This document shows, in pieces, positions 32,543 through 46,591 of a stretch of DNA of 64,000 nucleotides (positions within the stretch are counted from its first letter, which is position 1; each line of letters begins with the position of its first letter). This DNA is from Trueperaceae bacterium (GTDB lineage Bacteria; Deinococcota; Deinococci; Deinococcales; Trueperaceae). A program made the position numbers and the translations under genes. The stretch covers positions 192,001 to 256,000 of the forward strand of contig JAXHLW010000013.1 of assembly GCA_034521815.1 (NCBI GenBank). Reading direction: 5' to 3'. The notes below the pieces were generated by a model. It was not told the DNA's origin. It worked only from the letters and a program-made list of their open reading frames with translations, and did not search any database.

Positions 32543-33352
32543 ATGCATCCGAACGCACGGCACGCCGCCCGCCTGCTGGGGACGTCGGTCGTCGAGGCGA
32601 CGGCGCTGAGCGGCGGCTCGCTGGCCGAGGTGTTGCGCGTCCGGTTCGAGGACGGCCGCGAGGCGGTGGTCAAGGGCGGCGACGCGCCCCGGCGGGAGGC
32701 GCGCATGGTCCGGGCCATCCGGGCGCGGGGCGTGCCGGTGCCCGAGGTGATCGCCGTCGACGCCCACGTGCTCGTGCTGGGCGTCGTGCCCGACCGTGGC
32801 ACGCTGGACGCCGCCTGGGGCGACCTGGCGCGCGTGCTGACGACGCTGCACGAGCCGTCCAGCGTGGCGACGCCCTACGGCTGGGAGGAGGACGACGCCT
32901 TCGGACCGTTGGCGATCCCCAACGCCGCGGCGGACGACTGGCCGACGTTCTGGGCCGAGCGGCGGCTGCTGGCGCACGCGGCGCGGCTCCCGGCCGACCT
33001 GGCGCGACGCGTCGAGCGTCTCGCCGCGGACGTGCCGGGCCGCCTGCCCGCGCGGCCGATCCCGGCGCTGCTGCACGGCGACTTGTGGACCGGGAACGTC
33101 CTCGCCGACGGGTCACGCGTCAGCGCCCTGATCGATCCGGCGTGCTACCACGGGCACGCCGAGGTGGACCTGGCGATGCTGACGCTGTTCGGCTCGCCGG
33201 CGCCTGCCTTCTGGGACGCCTACCCCGTCGAGCCCGGCTGGCACGAGCGGCGGCCGATCTACCAGCTGTGGCCGGCGATCGTGCATCGGCTCCTGTTCGG
33301 GGAGGCCTACCGGCCGATGGCGAGCCGGCTGCTGAGCGAGGCCGGAGCGTAG
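32543..33352 (+). CDS. Fructosamine kinase family protein
   Basis: WPTFWAERRL, LLHGDLWTGN, LIDPACYHGHAEVDLAML, YQLWP; TACGCT 6 nt before the ATG. Confidence 0.92.
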   Translation: MHPNARHAARLLGTSVVEATALSGGSLAEVLRVRFEDGREAVVKGGDAPRREARMVRAIRARGVPVPEVIAVDAHVLVLGVVPDRGTLDAAWGDLARVLTTLHEPSSVATPYGWEEDDAFGPLAIPNAAADDWPTFWAERRLLAHAARLPADLARRVERLAADVPGRLPARPIPALLHGDLWTGNVLADGSRVSALIDPACYHGHAEVDLAMLTLFGSPAPAFWDAYPVEPGWHERRPIYQLWPAIVHRLLFGEAYRPMASRLLSEAGA

Positions 33353-33424
33353 CGTCCGTTCGTCTTCGGGCGCCGATTCGAAGACCGTCCCGTAGGTACC
33401 GCGCCAACGGGGGTAGCCTGAGCC

Positions 33425-33682
33425 ATGACCTACCTCTTCTTCGCGCTGCTGATCGGAGTCCTGTACGTCTACCTGCGCGCCAGGCAGGAGGAGGCCCGCT
33501 TGCGCGAGGCGTCGCGCCACCGCGCCTCTCGCGCCTTCGAGCTGGGGCTGCGTGCCGCGAAGGAGCTGGCCGACCATCCCGACGATGCACGCGCCGAGTA
33601 CGACGCGGACCGGGACACCTACGTCATCGTGCGCGACGCGCGATTCACCTACCGCGTCGACGACGGCTCGATGCCCCTGTAG
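33425..33682 (+). CDS. Small membrane-anchored hypothetical protein
   Basis: N-terminal TM helix; TAGCCT box 5 nt upstream. Confidence 0.65.
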   Translation: MTYLFFALLIGVLYVYLRARQEEARLREASRHRASRAFELGLRAAKELADHPDDARAEYDADRDTYVIVRDARFTYRVDDGSMPL

Positions 33683-33844
33683 GCGAGGCGCCGGCCCGCC
33701 TCGGACGAGGCGATTCGCGAGGGGCGGCCGGACGATGGCGGTACGCTCGAGGGGACGCCGAAGCGGGGCCGACCGAGCCGGCCCCGTCCGCGGCGAGGCG
33801 TCCCGATCGTCTTCTCGCACGCGGGAGCAGGGGCGGTGGCACCG

Positions 33845-36537
<2,693 letters not shown>

Positions 36538-36541
<4 letters not shown>

Positions 36542-37650
36542 CCGTCCTCCGCCATTCGGATCTGGACGGCGCGCAGAAGGTCGGTCGTGCTCACGATCCC
36601 GACCATCTCGCCGTTCCGTCCGGTGACGATCAGTCGGCGGCCCGAGCTCTCGTTGATCCGCTTGAACGCCTCGGCGGCGCCGGCGTGCAGGTCGATCGTC
36701 GCGACGTCGCGGGCCATCACCTCTTCGACGCGCGCGGTGGGCTCCGCGTCGTCGATGTCCTGAAGGCGGATCGATCCGATCAGCTCGCCCTCGTCGCTGA
36801 CGACGGGAAAGAAGACGTGCTTCCTGGTGAACATGTGCCGGGTCAGCGCCTCGACCGTCATGTCCGTGCGGACGGTGACCGGGTCGTCCGACATCAGGTC
36901 ACGGACCTCGACGTTCTCGAGCGCCTTCTCGACCGTGGCGAACTGGGCCTCCGCCTTCACGGCGATCCAGATGAAGAACGCGATCGCGACCATGAACAGG
37001 TTGAACGTGGCCAGACCGAGCAGCCCCAGCAGGACTGCGAGAACCTGACTCACGCCGGCCGAGACGCGGGTCGCCCGAAGGTGCCCCATACGCAACGCCA
37101 GCAGCGACCGCAGAACGCGCCCCCCGTCCATCGGCAGCGCCGGCAGGAGGTTGAACACCGCGAGCACGATGTTCACGGCCGCCAGGTAGCTGAGGACCAC
37201 GAGAAGCGCACCGCCCGCCGGCGCGATCAGGCCGGTGATCCCCCACAGCAGAACGCCCAGCACGGCGCTCGTGATCGGCCCCACGATCGCGACGACAGCT
37301 TCCGCCCGCGGCTGCTTCGGCATCTCGCTGAACTGCGCGATGCCGCCGAGGATCCAGAGCCGGATCTCCTTGATCTCGACGCCGTAGCGCCTCGCGGTCA
37401 GCGCGTGGGAGAGCTCGTGGACGAGCACGCTGATCATCAGGCCGATCGCGGACAGCAGACCCAGAAGGTACGGCGTCGCCCCCTGCTCCAGCGGCGCGGC
37501 CTCGATGGGAAGCTCGAACATCTCGACGTACGTCGCCACGTTGCCGCCGATCAGCCAGGTGAGCAGCGCGATCAGCAGCAGGAACGTGGCGTCCAGACGG
37601 ATCGGGATGCCGAAGAGGTCGAACGGAAGGCGAAAGCCGGACTTGAGCAT
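36538..37650 (-). CDS. Site-2 protease (M50) with CBS domains
   Basis: HELSH, FNLLPALPMDGGR, C-terminal CBS pair. Confidence 0.95.
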
Positions 37651-37681
37651 GTCTCACCCTAGCGCCGCGGATCGCGCGGGG

Positions 37682-37987
37682 TCAGTCGGTTCCTTCGGCG
37701 AGCCGCTCGCCCATGCGCTTGCGCATCGCGCCGATCGGGTTCGCGACCGCCAGGCGGGCGGCCGCCCACGCCTTCTTGCGGTCGTGCTCTTCGGGCCCCA
37801 AGCCGCCGTCCTCCAGGTCGGCGTAGTGCAGCACCTGATCCTCGTTGGCAGCCAGCACTTCGTTCAGCACCGAGTGCAGCGAGTCGCGCACGGCCAGGCC
37901 CTCGCGCAGCATGTCCTGCATCTCCAGGACGCGCTCGACCAGCTCGGCGTGCGTCATCGACTCCAGTTCGGCGCGGGTGCGTTGCAT
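37682..37987 (-). CDS. Hypothetical helical protein
   Basis: GGAGG RBS; MQRTRAELESMTHAELVERVLEMQDMLREGLAVR. Confidence 0.7.
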   Translation of the reverse strand: MQRTRAELESMTHAELVERVLEMQDMLREGLAVRDSLHSVLNEVLAANEDQVLHYADLEDGGLGPEEHDRKKAWAAARLAVANPIGAMRKRMGERLAEGTD

Positions 37988-38038
37988 ACGACCTCCCACC
38001 GCCACTCTACACGGGGCTCCAGGCCGGTACGATGCCCC

Positions 38039-39382
38039 ATGTCCGCCGATCTGACCACGCTTTCCCTGACCGAGCTCGCGGCCGCCTACCGGAGCGGCCG
38101 CACGACGCCGCTCGAGGCGGCCGAGGCGTACTTGCGCACGATCGAGCCAGGACCGGTCTGGCGCGTGGCGACCGCCGACCGGGCGATCCGTCAGGCACGG
38201 CGCGCCCAGCACGCGTTCGAGGCGGGCGTGGACCTCGGCCCGCTCCAAGGGATTCCCGTCGCCGTGAAGGACCTGATCGACATGGAGGGAGAGGTGAGCG
38301 CGGCCGGGTCCGGCGCCCGGCTGGCCGAGGCCCAGCCCGCCCAGCGAGACGCCCCGCTGATCGCCCGCTTGGACGAGGCCGGCGCCGTGTTCCTGGGCCG
38401 GACGCAGATGACGGAGCTGGCGTTCTCCGGCCTGGGTATCAACCCACATTTCGGAACGCCACGCGGGCCCCACGATCCGGAGCGGGTCCCGGGAGGCTCG
38501 TCGTCCGGCTCGGCGGTCGCCGTCGCGACGCACCAGGCGTGCCTGGCGCTGGGGTCCGACACGGGCGGCTCGGTCCGGATCCCGTCCGCGTTCCAGGGGC
38601 TGGTGGGGCTCAAGACCAGCGATCGCTCGCTTCCCTTGGAAGGCACGGTCCCCCTCTCGACCACGCTGGACACGCTGGGGCCGATCGCCAGGACGCTCGA
38701 GGACGCCTGGGCGGCCTGGCGCGCGATGCGGGCGCTTGCCCCGGCGCCGTTCCCCGAGGCGCCCGGCACGCTTCGACTGTGGGCGCCGCCGACGGTGGTG
38801 ATGAATGACCTGGACCCCGAGGTCGCAGCCGCGTTCGAGGACGCGCTGAACGCGCTGACGGCCGCGGGCCATTCGGTCGAACGGGCCGAGATGCCGTCGC
38901 TGCGAGAGGCGAACGGTCTGTACGGGCGGTACGGCAGCTTCGCGGCTCACGAGGCGCTGGCGCTGTACGAGGCGTTCTTGGAGCGGGCCGAGCCGGCCGT
39001 CGATCCACGCGTCGCGACGCGGATTCTGGCCGTGCGGGATCGGCCGTCCAGCGACTACCTGCGCCTGGGGTACGCGCGCCAGCGGATCGTCGCCGACGTC
39101 TGGGACGAGGCGCGGGGCGTCGACGCGATCGTGACCCCGACGGTCGCGATCCGGGCGCCGCGGACCGCTCCGCTCGAAGCGGACGACGCCGCCTACCACC
39201 GCGCCAACGCGGCGGTGCTGCGCAACACGACGCTGTTCAACCTCCTGGCCGGCCCGGCCGTCACCGTTCCCATCGGCGATCCCGAGCTCGGGATCGGGGG
39301 CACGGTCGCGGCGGCACCCGGACGCGAAGCCCAGGTCCTGGCGGTGGCGGCTCGCTGGCGCGAGGCCACGCGGAGCGCCTAG
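38039..39382 (+). CDS. Amidase signature family protein
   Basis: PVAVKDL, PGGSSSGSAVAVA, GSDTGGSVRIPS. Confidence 0.93.
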   Translation: MSADLTTLSLTELAAAYRSGRTTPLEAAEAYLRTIEPGPVWRVATADRAIRQARRAQHAFEAGVDLGPLQGIPVAVKDLIDMEGEVSAAGSGARLAEAQPAQRDAPLIARLDEAGAVFLGRTQMTELAFSGLGINPHFGTPRGPHDPERVPGGSSSGSAVAVATHQACLALGSDTGGSVRIPSAFQGLVGLKTSDRSLPLEGTVPLSTTLDTLGPIARTLEDAWAAWRAMRALAPAPFPEAPGTLRLWAPPTVVMNDLDPEVAAAFEDALNALTAAGHSVERAEMPSLREANGLYGRYGSFAAHEALALYEAFLERAEPAVDPRVATRILAVRDRPSSDYLRLGYARQRIVADVWDEARGVDAIVTPTVAIRAPRTAPLEADDAAYHRANAAVLRNTTLFNLLAGPAVTVPIGDPELGIGGTVAAAPGREAQVLAVAARWREATRSA

Positions 39383-39406
39383 CGGGCGGTCAGGCCCAGG
39401 GGGCGG

Positions 39407-40291
39407 TCAGGTCGGCTCCAGGCTGGGCCGCGTCCGGTCGCGCAACAGCGCCAACGCGGTCAGGAACCCGCTGCCGTACTTGACCATGACGTCGGTCACG
39501 ATGACCTGCACCATCCAGCCGGCGGTGGCGAACGGTGCGCCGGCGAAGGCCAGCACGGTGAACAGGATCGTGTCGATCGGCGCGGACACGGCGTTGGACG
39601 AGAGCACGCGCACCAGCCAGCGGCGTCGGACCAGCCGCTGGTACACCTCGGTGTCGGCGGCCTCGGAGACCACGATGGCCAGGAAGCTGACCGCGACGTA
39701 GCGCAGCGGCGTTCCCACCGACAGCGCTGCCGCCACGTTCATCACGGCCGCCGCGAAGATCATGGCGTACACGGCGCGTCGGCCGTAGCGGTGGACGCGG
39801 TCTCGCTGCGTGAACGTCACGCCGAAGAAGAGGGTCCCGACGTTGACCAGGAACCAAGGTCCTACCGGCAGGAACGCGTCCAGGGTGTAGTTCGCCAGCA
39901 GCGTCGCCGCGGCGTACACGCTCATGGCGCCCACCATGTGGCCCTGGCGTTCGGGCACCGCGGCCAGCGCCACGCCCAGCAGGGCGGAGGCGAAAGGAGC
40001 CACGAGGTCGCGGACCGGAACTCCGAACGCCGCGAGGACGGCCGCGAACGCGAGTCCGGCAGCCAGGAAGGCGGTCCCGCTCCGTCCGGTGCGGATCAGG
40101 GAGCGGGCCAGCGCATCCCCGAACAGGGCGCCTAAGAACACCAGCGTGGCGATGGGAAGCCGGTCGGGCGGCGTCGCGCCGAACCCCGACATCCAGAGCA
40201 GCGCACCTGCCCCCACCGTCACCAGGGCGGGCAGAGCGAGCAGGCGGAGTCGATCGGATCGCCGTGGCGCGGCGGGTGTAGGCGCGGTCAT
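39407..40291 (-). CDS. VUT family (YhhQ-like) transporter, putative queuosine-precursor uptake
   Basis: [41 protein letters not shown]. Confidence 0.85.
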   Translation of the reverse strand: MTAPTPAAPRRSDRLRLLALPALVTVGAGALLWMSGFGATPPDRLPIATLVFLGALFGDALARSLIRTGRSGTAFLAAGLAFAAVLAAFGVPVRDLVAPFASALLGVALAAVPERQGHMVGAMSVYAAATLLANYTLDAFLPVGPWFLVNVGTLFFGVTFTQRDRVHRYGRRAVYAMIFAAAVMNVAAALSVGTPLRYVAVSFLAIVVSEAADTEVYQRLVRRRWLVRVLSSNAVSAPIDTILFTVLAFAGAPFATAGWMVQVIVTDVMVKYGSGFLTALALLRDRTRPSLEPT

Positions 40292-40385
40292 GACCACCTC
40301 CGGAACGGATCGGCATCGGGGCTCGCGAGCACGGCGGGGCCGGGTACGGGAGCGCCCCCCGAGCGCGTGGCCCAGGGGGCGGCTG

Positions 40386-40462
<77 letters not shown>

Positions 40463-40499
40463 ATGCAGCGACGGAGCATACCAGCGCGGTCAGAACCGG

Positions 40500-41063
40500 T
40501 CAAGCGACGTCCTCCGCGTCGGTCTCCGTCGCTTCGAACGCCGCGTCGACCGCGCTCCGCACCGTGTCTCCCGCGAAGCCGCGCCGTGCGAGGAACGCCG
40601 ACGCCTTGGCGCGGTCCTTGCGGGGATCGCCCGACGCGAACCGCCAGGCGTGCTTGGCCAACACGCCGCGCGCGGCGGCCAGCTGCTGCGCATCGTCCAG
40701 CGGTGCCAGGGCCTCGTCGCGAAGCTGTTCGGAGACGCCGCGGCGTTCGAGCTCGCGCCGGAGCGCCCGCCGGCCCTTCCGGTGCGCCCGGCCGCGGACG
40801 TGGCCCTCGGCGACACGACGGTCGTCCAGCAGCGCGAGCTCCTCCAGGCGAGCGAGCGCCGCCTCGCGAACCGGGTCCGCGACGCCCTTGCGACGCAGGC
40901 GCTCTTCGAGCTCGGCGCGGGCGTAGTCGCGTCGCGCCAGCAGTCGCAGCAGGTAGGCCACGGCACGGGGCGCGTCCCAGTCGCTTCCCGTCGTGCCCCG
41001 CCCCGTCGTGCCCCGCCCCGATGCGCCGCTGGCCGATGCGTCCCGTCCAGGCGTGCGGCTCAC
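40500..41063 (-). CDS. recX: Regulatory protein RecX
   Basis: LLARRDY...[29 protein letters not shown]. Confidence 0.88.
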   Translation of the reverse strand: MSRTPGRDASASGASGRGTTGRGTTGSDWDAPRAVAYLLRLLARRDYARAELEERLRRKGVADPVREAALARLEELALLDDRRVAEGHVRGRAHRKGRRALRRELERRGVSEQLRDEALAPLDDAQQLAAARGVLAKHAWRFASGDPRKDRAKASAFLARRGFAGDTVRSAVDAAFEATETDAEDVA

Positions 41064-42238
41064 CGGAGCACCTTGGTCGGGTCCAGTCGTGCTGCGCGGC
41101 GGGCCGGCAGCAGCCCGGCCGCGCCGCTGGTGACCAGCGACAGGGCCGCGACCCAGGCGACGTCCAGAGGCGCGACCTCGACGGGGAGCCGGGTGATGAA
41201 GTAGAGGTCGCCCGGCAGCGGGAACGGCTGCAGCCTGAAGTAGGTCGCCGCGGCGACGCCCAGGCCCACGCCGAGCAGCGTACCGGCGCCCCCCAGGAGC
41301 GAGCCTTCGAGCGTGAAGGTGGCCAGGATCTGCCGCTGGCTCGCGCCCAGCGCGCGAAGCACCGCGATCTCGGGCGTCTTCTCGGCCACGGTCAGGACCA
41401 GGATGTTGGCGATCCCCATCGCCGCGACCAGCACGATCAGGAACACGACGACCGAGATCACCGCCTTCTGCAAGCGGAGCTGGGTGACGAGGCCGCCGAA
41501 GAGCGAGCTCCAGGCGATCGCCCGCAGCCCTGAGAGGTCGGCGAGCTCCTGCCCGACCTCGTCCGCGCGACCGGGGTCCGCGATCCGGACGTGGTAGCCG
41601 CTGATCTCGCCGGGCGCGTCCAGGTACGCCTGAACGGTGGCGAGCGAGGCGTAGGAGGCGAGCCCGTCGATCAGCTCGTTCCCGACACGGAACGTGTCCG
41701 CGACGATGAAGCGGGCACGGTGGCCGGCGACGTCCTGGACCAGCACCTCGTCTCCGCCGAGGACCCCGAGCTGCATCGCCAGCGAGGCGCCCAGGATGAC
41801 GCCGTCGCCCTCCCGCATCGCGTCCGCGGACGCGTCCAGCGTGGCGAGGTCCAGGACGTCGGTGTGGAGCGCCGGCTCGATGCCGAGAAGCTGGGTGTAG
41901 CCCTGACGGCCGGTGATGCCCAAGGTGGCGTCCGCCCGCCGCGCGATCAGCGCCTCGACCGCCAGGAACGGGGCGACGGCGCGCACGTCATCGTGCGCGG
42001 CGATGCGGCGTCGCAGCTCGGCGACGTCCGCCATCCGGCCGTCGGCCTGGTAGGTGCGCAGCGTGACGTGAGGGGTGGCGCGCAAGGTGCTGTCGAGCAG
42101 CTCGTCGATGAAACCGTTCGTGAGGGAGAGAGCCAGGATCAACACCGCGACCCCGACGGCCACGCCCGCCACCGTCAGAGCGGACTGCAGCACGCGCCGG
42201 CGGACGTGAGCGAGCGCTAGGTAGAGCGGCAGAGGCAC
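41060..42238 (-). CDS. LolC/E-like ABC transporter permease
   Basis: [47 protein letters not shown]. Confidence 0.9.
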   Translation of the reverse strand: MPLPLYLALAHVRRRVLQSALTVAGVAVGVAVLILALSLTNGFIDELLDSTLRATPHVTLRTYQADGRMADVAELRRRIAAHDDVRAVAPFLAVEALIARRADATLGITGRQGYTQLLGIEPALHTDVLDLATLDASADAMREGDGVILGASLAMQLGVLGGDEVLVQDVAGHRARFIVADTFRVGNELIDGLASYASLATVQAYLDAPGEISGYHVRIADPGRADEVGQELADLSGLRAIAWSSLFGGLVTQLRLQKAVISVVVFLIVLVAAMGIANILVLTVAEKTPEIAVLRALGASQRQILATFTLEGSLLGGAGTLLGVGLGVAAATYFRLQPFPLPGDLYFITRLPVEVAPLDVAWVAALSLVTSGAAGLLPARRAARLDPTKVLR

Positions 42239-42288
42239 GCCCGGACTCTACCGTGCGGCGCTGGCGTGCAGCGCTCCGCCTGCGGCGA

Positions 42289-42906
42289 TCAGCGAGCGGA
42301 TGCGGTGAGGATCGGTCGGCCTTCGAACGGCGCGGCGGCGTGCGGATCGAGCAGCGGTCCGTCGTAGCCGTAACGCACGACCTCGACCTCGACCTGGCGC
42401 ACGCCCCAGTTCACGGCGCTGGCGTAGTCGCCGAACCAGACGTCGATCTGATCGCGCTTGCGTGCGTGCATCGTGTCTTCGACGACGAACAGGCCGTGGG
42501 CGTCCAGAACGCTCTGGAACCGTCCCGAGCCGCGCCCGTCGTAGTACCCGCCGAGGTCGCGGATCCGCACCAGCGAGCCGTAGGGAATATCGCCCCCGAG
42601 GAGATCACGGCTGACGGCGAGCACGCCGAAGCGGGTGCGGGTGCCGGTCGCGGTGGTGTGCGGGCTCGCGTCGGTCTGCGACGCGAGCGAGTTGTAGCCG
42701 GTAGCGCGTACGGTGAACGTCGGGTTGGCGTCGGGTCCGTGAGGAGTGTCCGAGATCGCCGCGGGACCACCCGGATCGGCGAGGATACGAACCTCGGGCG
42801 CGATCGCGAGGGTGACCGTGTCGGTGCGCTCGGTCCGGAAGCCCAGGACCAGCGAGCCGACGACGAGACCGATGGCGCAGAGCTTGGCGCTGATGTGCAG
42901 TGCCAT
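42289..42906 (-). CDS. 3D-domain cell-wall protein
   Basis: ATGYNSLASQTD, AVSRDLL, VEDTMH, IDVWF. Confidence 0.85.
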   Translation of the reverse strand: MALHISAKLCAIGLVVGSLVLGFRTERTDTVTLAIAPEVRILADPGGPAAISDTPHGPDANPTFTVRATGYNSLASQTDASPHTTATGTRTRFGVLAVSRDLLGGDIPYGSLVRIRDLGGYYDGRGSGRFQSVLDAHGLFVVEDTMHARKRDQIDVWFGDYASAVNWGVRQVEVEVVRYGYDGPLLDPHAAAPFEGRPILTASAR

Positions 42907-42978
42907 CTCCACCTCCAGTCGCGTGACGGTAGCACCGTGGCGGCGCGTTTCCGCGATCGGAGGCGACACGATCCCCAG

Positions 42979-43017
42979 GCCGCACCCTGTAGCCGCACCC
43001 TGTAGCCGCACCCTGTA
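42979..43017. repeat. 13-bp tandem repeat x3
   Basis: GCCGCACCCTGTA three times, in the divergent region between the 3D gene and tgt. Confidence 0.9.
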
Positions 43018-43112
43018 GACGACGGCCGACCGAGCGGCGCGATTCGCTGGGCACGGCGATCGTCACGCGAGGGTCGGCTGCCGCCCGGCGCTCCGCGCTA
43101 GCATGGTCCGCG

Positions 43113-44393
43113 ATGTCCACCAGCCCCGACTTCGGCTTCGAGATCCTCGCCCGCGACGGTGCCGCCCGGCGCGGTCGCCTGCGCACCGCACACGGAACGG
43201 TCGAGACGCCCGCCTTCGTCGCCGTCGCGACGCAGGGGAGCGTCAAGAGCGTGGCGCCGGCTGCGGTGCGCGCGGCCGGCACCCAGATCCTGTTCGCGAA
43301 CACCTACCACCTCTACCTGAGGCCCGGCGCCGAGACGGTCGCCCGCCACGGCGGCCTTCACCGGTTCATGCACTGGGACGGCCCGATCCTGACCGATTCC
43401 GGCGGGTTCCAAGTGTTCTCGCTGGGCGCGGGCCTGGAGCACGGCGTGGGCAAGGTGGCCAGCATCTTTCCCGGGGAGGGCCCGGGCCCCGCCGCGGCCC
43501 GGACGGGGCAGGGCATGGTCCGCGTCGAAGAGGAGCGGGTGGTGTTCACCAGCCACATCGACGGGAGCCGCCACCTGTTCACGCCCGAGATCTCGATCGA
43601 GATCCAGCGAGCGCTGGGCGCGGACGTGGTGCTGGCCTTCGACGAGTGCACGAGCCCGCTGCACGACGAGCTCTACACGGCGCAGAGCGCGGACCGGACC
43701 CACCGCTGGGCGGAACGCTCGCTGCGGGCGTTCCGGGAGAGCGAGCCTCGCCACGGTTACGACCAGGCGCTCTACGGGATCGTCCAGGGGGGCGCGTTCG
43801 AGCGGGTGCGGGCAGCGTCGGCCCGCGTGATCGGCGGCATGGGGTTCGACGGCTTCGCCGTGGGCGGGAACCTGGGCGACACGCGCGAGACGATGTACCG
43901 GGTGCTCGACTGGACCGTGCCGGAGCTGCCGGAGGCCCCGCCGCGGCATCTCCTCGGGATCGGCGACGTGGCCAGCGTGTTCGAGGCGGTGGGCCGGGGC
44001 CTGGATACCTTCGATTCCGTGGCGCCGACCCGGAACGCGCGCAACGGTGGGGTTCTCGCTCGTTTCGACGACGACGGCACGCCGCTCCCCGCGTTCCGCC
44101 TGAACCTGAAGAACGCGCGCTTCGCGGACGACCTGCGGCCGATCGACGCAGCGTGCGACTGCGACACCTGCCGTCACCACTCGCGCGCCTACCTACGGCA
44201 CCTCCTGAAGGCGAACGAGCAGCTCGGTCAGCAGCTCGCCACGATCCACAACCTTCGGTTCATGGCACGTCTGATGGAGGCGATCCGCGACGCTATCGCG
44301 ATCGGCCGCCTGGACGCGCTCAGGGCCGCCTGGCTGGAGCCGGCGCGCGAGGCGAGGTCGGACGAGGCGAGGTCGGGCGCTGCACCGCGCTGA
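43113..44393 (+). CDS. tgt: tRNA-guanine transglycosylase
   Basis: NTYHL, TDSGGFQVFSL, DEC, GIVQGG, HLLGIG, CDCDTC..H zinc site. Confidence 0.96.
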   Translation: MSTSPDFGFEILARDGAARRGRLRTAHGTVETPAFVAVATQGSVKSVAPAAVRAAGTQILFANTYHLYLRPGAETVARHGGLHRFMHWDGPILTDSGGFQVFSLGAGLEHGVGKVASIFPGEGPGPAAARTGQGMVRVEEERVVFTSHIDGSRHLFTPEISIEIQRALGADVVLAFDECTSPLHDELYTAQSADRTHRWAERSLRAFRESEPRHGYDQALYGIVQGGAFERVRAASARVIGGMGFDGFAVGGNLGDTRETMYRVLDWTVPELPEAPPRHLLGIGDVASVFEAVGRGLDTFDSVAPTRNARNGGVLARFDDDGTPLPAFRLNLKNARFADDLRPIDAACDCDTCRHHSRAYLRHLLKANEQLGQQLATIHNLRFMARLMEAIRDAIAIGRLDALRAAWLEPAREARSDEARSGAAPR

Positions 44394-44405
44394 ACCGTCG
44401 CTCGC

Positions 44406-44963
44406 TCAGAACGCGCGCTCGATCAGGTCGATCTGCGTGCCGTCCTGCGTCACGAACCGGACCACGCCCACGGTGGGGACGAAGAAGAGGTCCAGCACCG
44501 TTCGTCCGCCGCTGCTGGTGAGGGTGGTCTGGCGGACGTGCAGGGCGTTGAACCGTCCCGCGGGCGTCTGGACGCCGGCGAGGCCGACGACCTCGCTCGA
44601 GAGCGTGATGTCGATCCCGCTGACCCGGGTCGTGCTCTGCCACGTGTCGCCCGGCTGCAACGGCGAGGGAGGATACACCGTGAGCGGCGGCTGGTACGGC
44701 ATGATCTCGCCGCCCGCCGAGGTGCCGTGGCTGACCACGCCCGCCCCGAAGGTGAGGATCTCCTCGCTGACCGGGACGCCCGAGAAGTAGTGCGTCAAGA
44801 CCATCCGCTGGGCGCCGAGCAGGTCGCGAGGCCCCGACAACGTCTGCGTCTCGCCGTTCGAGTAGGTCCAGGTCATTCCGGCGTCGGACGGGTAGTAGCT
44901 CGGCTGGGCGACGGCCCAGGAGAGAGCGACCAGGGCGAGCAGCGCTGCGAAGGTCCGGCTCAC
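44406..44963 (-). CDS. Secreted beta-rich hypothetical protein
   Basis: Signal peptide; YYP...G.TWTY, TPAGRF, FVPTVGVVR. Confidence 0.8.
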   Translation of the reverse strand: MSRTFAALLALVALSWAVAQPSYYPSDAGMTWTYSNGETQTLSGPRDLLGAQRMVLTHYFSGVPVSEEILTFGAGVVSHGTSAGGEIMPYQPPLTVYPPSPLQPGDTWQSTTRVSGIDITLSSEVVGLAGVQTPAGRFNALHVRQTTLTSSGGRTVLDLFFVPTVGVVRFVTQDGTQIDLIERAF

Positions 44964-45748
44964 GCTTCGTCCTCGCCCGACAGCTCCTCTGCGCGGAGCG
45001 CCGCCTCTTCGACCGCGCGCATCACCGCGTAACGCGCGCCGTGTCGCTCCAGCGCGCGAACACCGGCGATGGCGGTCCCGCCCGGCGACGCGACCTCGTC
45101 CTTGAGATCGGCGGGGCCGGCGTCCTCGAGCAGGCGTGCGGTGGCGTGCAGGACCTGTCGCGCCAGCTCCTGGGCGGTCTCGCGGCCGAAGCCGGCGCGG
45201 ACGCCGCCGTCGGCGAGCGCTTCGGCGATCACCGCGGCGAACGCCGGTCCCGACCCGGCCAGGCCCGTGAACGCGTCGAACTGCGACTCGGGAATGCGGT
45301 GCACGCGACCGACGGCCTGGAACAGCGCCTCGGCGAACGCCAGGTCGTCGGCGTTCGCGCCGGGAAGCGCAGCGAGGGCTGTCGAGGAGAGGCGTACCCG
45401 TGCGCCGAGGTTCGGCATGGCGCGAAGCACTCGGCGACTCCCGACGCGGCGGGCGATCGCCTCGGCGGGGACTCCCGCCATGATCGAGAGGTAGCAGCCG
45501 GAGCGCCGCGCGATCAGCGGGGCGACCCGCTCGAACGCTTGCGGCTTGACGCCGATCAGAATCCGTTCGGCGTGATGAACGCCGTCGTCGTCGAGCTCCG
45601 CGACGCCGTAACGCTGGGCCAGCAAGGTGCGGCGCGCGTCGTCGGGGTGGTAGACCCCGACGTCGGCGGCGTCGAGCACGCCGGCGCGAAGGGCTCCTGT
45701 CAGCACGGCGCCGCCCATCTTGCCGGCACCGACGATGGCGAGCTTCAC
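44960..45748 (-). CDS. proC: Pyrroline-5-carboxylate reductase
   Basis: VGAGKMG, RAMPN, GSGPAF, VASPGGT. Confidence 0.95.
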   Translation of the reverse strand: MKLAIVGAGKMGGAVLTGALRAGVLDAADVGVYHPDDARRTLLAQRYGVAELDDDGVHHAERILIGVKPQAFERVAPLIARRSGCYLSIMAGVPAEAIARRVGSRRVLRAMPNLGARVRLSSTALAALPGANADDLAFAEALFQAVGRVHRIPESQFDAFTGLAGSGPAFAAVIAEALADGGVRAGFGRETAQELARQVLHATARLLEDAGPADLKDEVASPGGTAIAGVRALERHGARYAVMRAVEEAALRAEELSGEDEA

Positions 45749-45776
45749 CGGATCGGACCTCCGTTCCTGACGCACG

Positions 45777-46142
45777 TTACCGCGCTGAACGGCGGCCTGG
45801 TGCCAACCATCTCACCGCGGAGGCGCCCAGCACGGCGCCGGCGAGGTCCGCCGCGAAATCGGCGAGCTGCGGCGTGCGCCCCGGCACGGCGCCCTGATGA
45901 AGCTCGTCGGCGACGCCCAGGCCGGCCGCCACCAACAGCGCCGGCACCACGCGAAGCCCGGCGAGCCGCAGCAGCACGGTCTGCACGAAGAACAGCCCGG
46001 CGTGCCCCACCTTGTCCAGCTGCGGAAGGTCCAGCAGACCGCTTCCGGGGGGATCGGACCGAGAGGACAGCCACCACACGCCGGCCGCCCAGGCGACGGC
46101 GGGGACCACGCGGAGCACGCGCACCAGCGCGGAGCGGGTCAT
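45777..46142 (-). CDS. VanZ family protein
   Basis: DKVGH, DELHQGAVPGR, DFAADLAG. Confidence 0.85.
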   Translation of the reverse strand: MTRSALVRVLRVVPAVAWAAGVWWLSSRSDPPGSGLLDLPQLDKVGHAGLFFVQTVLLRLAGLRVVPALLVAAGLGVADELHQGAVPGRTPQLADFAADLAGAVLGASAVRWLAPGRRSAR

Positions 46143-46591
46143 CGCGAGGGCGGCTCGGGCGCGGCGGGCTGCACCAGCTCGACCAGCACGCCCCCCGCCC
46201 ACGACGGGTGCAGGAAGGCGACGCGGCTTCCGGCCCGGCCCGGCCGCGGCGCCAGGTCCACGGCGCGCGCGCCCTCGGCCAGCAGACGCGCCAGCTCCGC
46301 GTCGACGTCGTCGACGCGGAACGCGACGTGGTGGACGCCCGGACCGCGCCGCTCCAAGAAGCGCGCGAGCTGCGACGTGTCGTCCAGCGGCGCGAGCAGC
46401 TCGATGGCGGCGTCGCCGGCGCGGAGCAGGCGGACGCGGACGCCCTGCTCCGGAACGGTCTCGTCGTCGAGCGCGGGCAGGCCCAGCTGGCTCCACGGCG
46501 CCGCTCCCTCGTCCAGGTCGCGCACGGCGATGCCGACGTGGTCGATCGGAAGCCCTGCGACGCCCGCTGGTAGCTCGTCGGGCCAGGTCAT
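46139..46591 (-). CDS. mce: Methylmalonyl-CoA epimerase (VOC family)
   Basis: IDHVGIAV, IELLAP, GPGVHHVAF, AFLHP..GVLVELV. Confidence 0.88.
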   Translation of the reverse strand: MTWPDELPAGVAGLPIDHVGIAVRDLDEGAAPWSQLGLPALDDETVPEQGVRVRLLRAGDAAIELLAPLDDTSQLARFLERRGPGVHHVAFRVDDVDAELARLLAEGARAVDLAPRPGRAGSRVAFLHPSWAGGVLVELVQPAAPEPPSR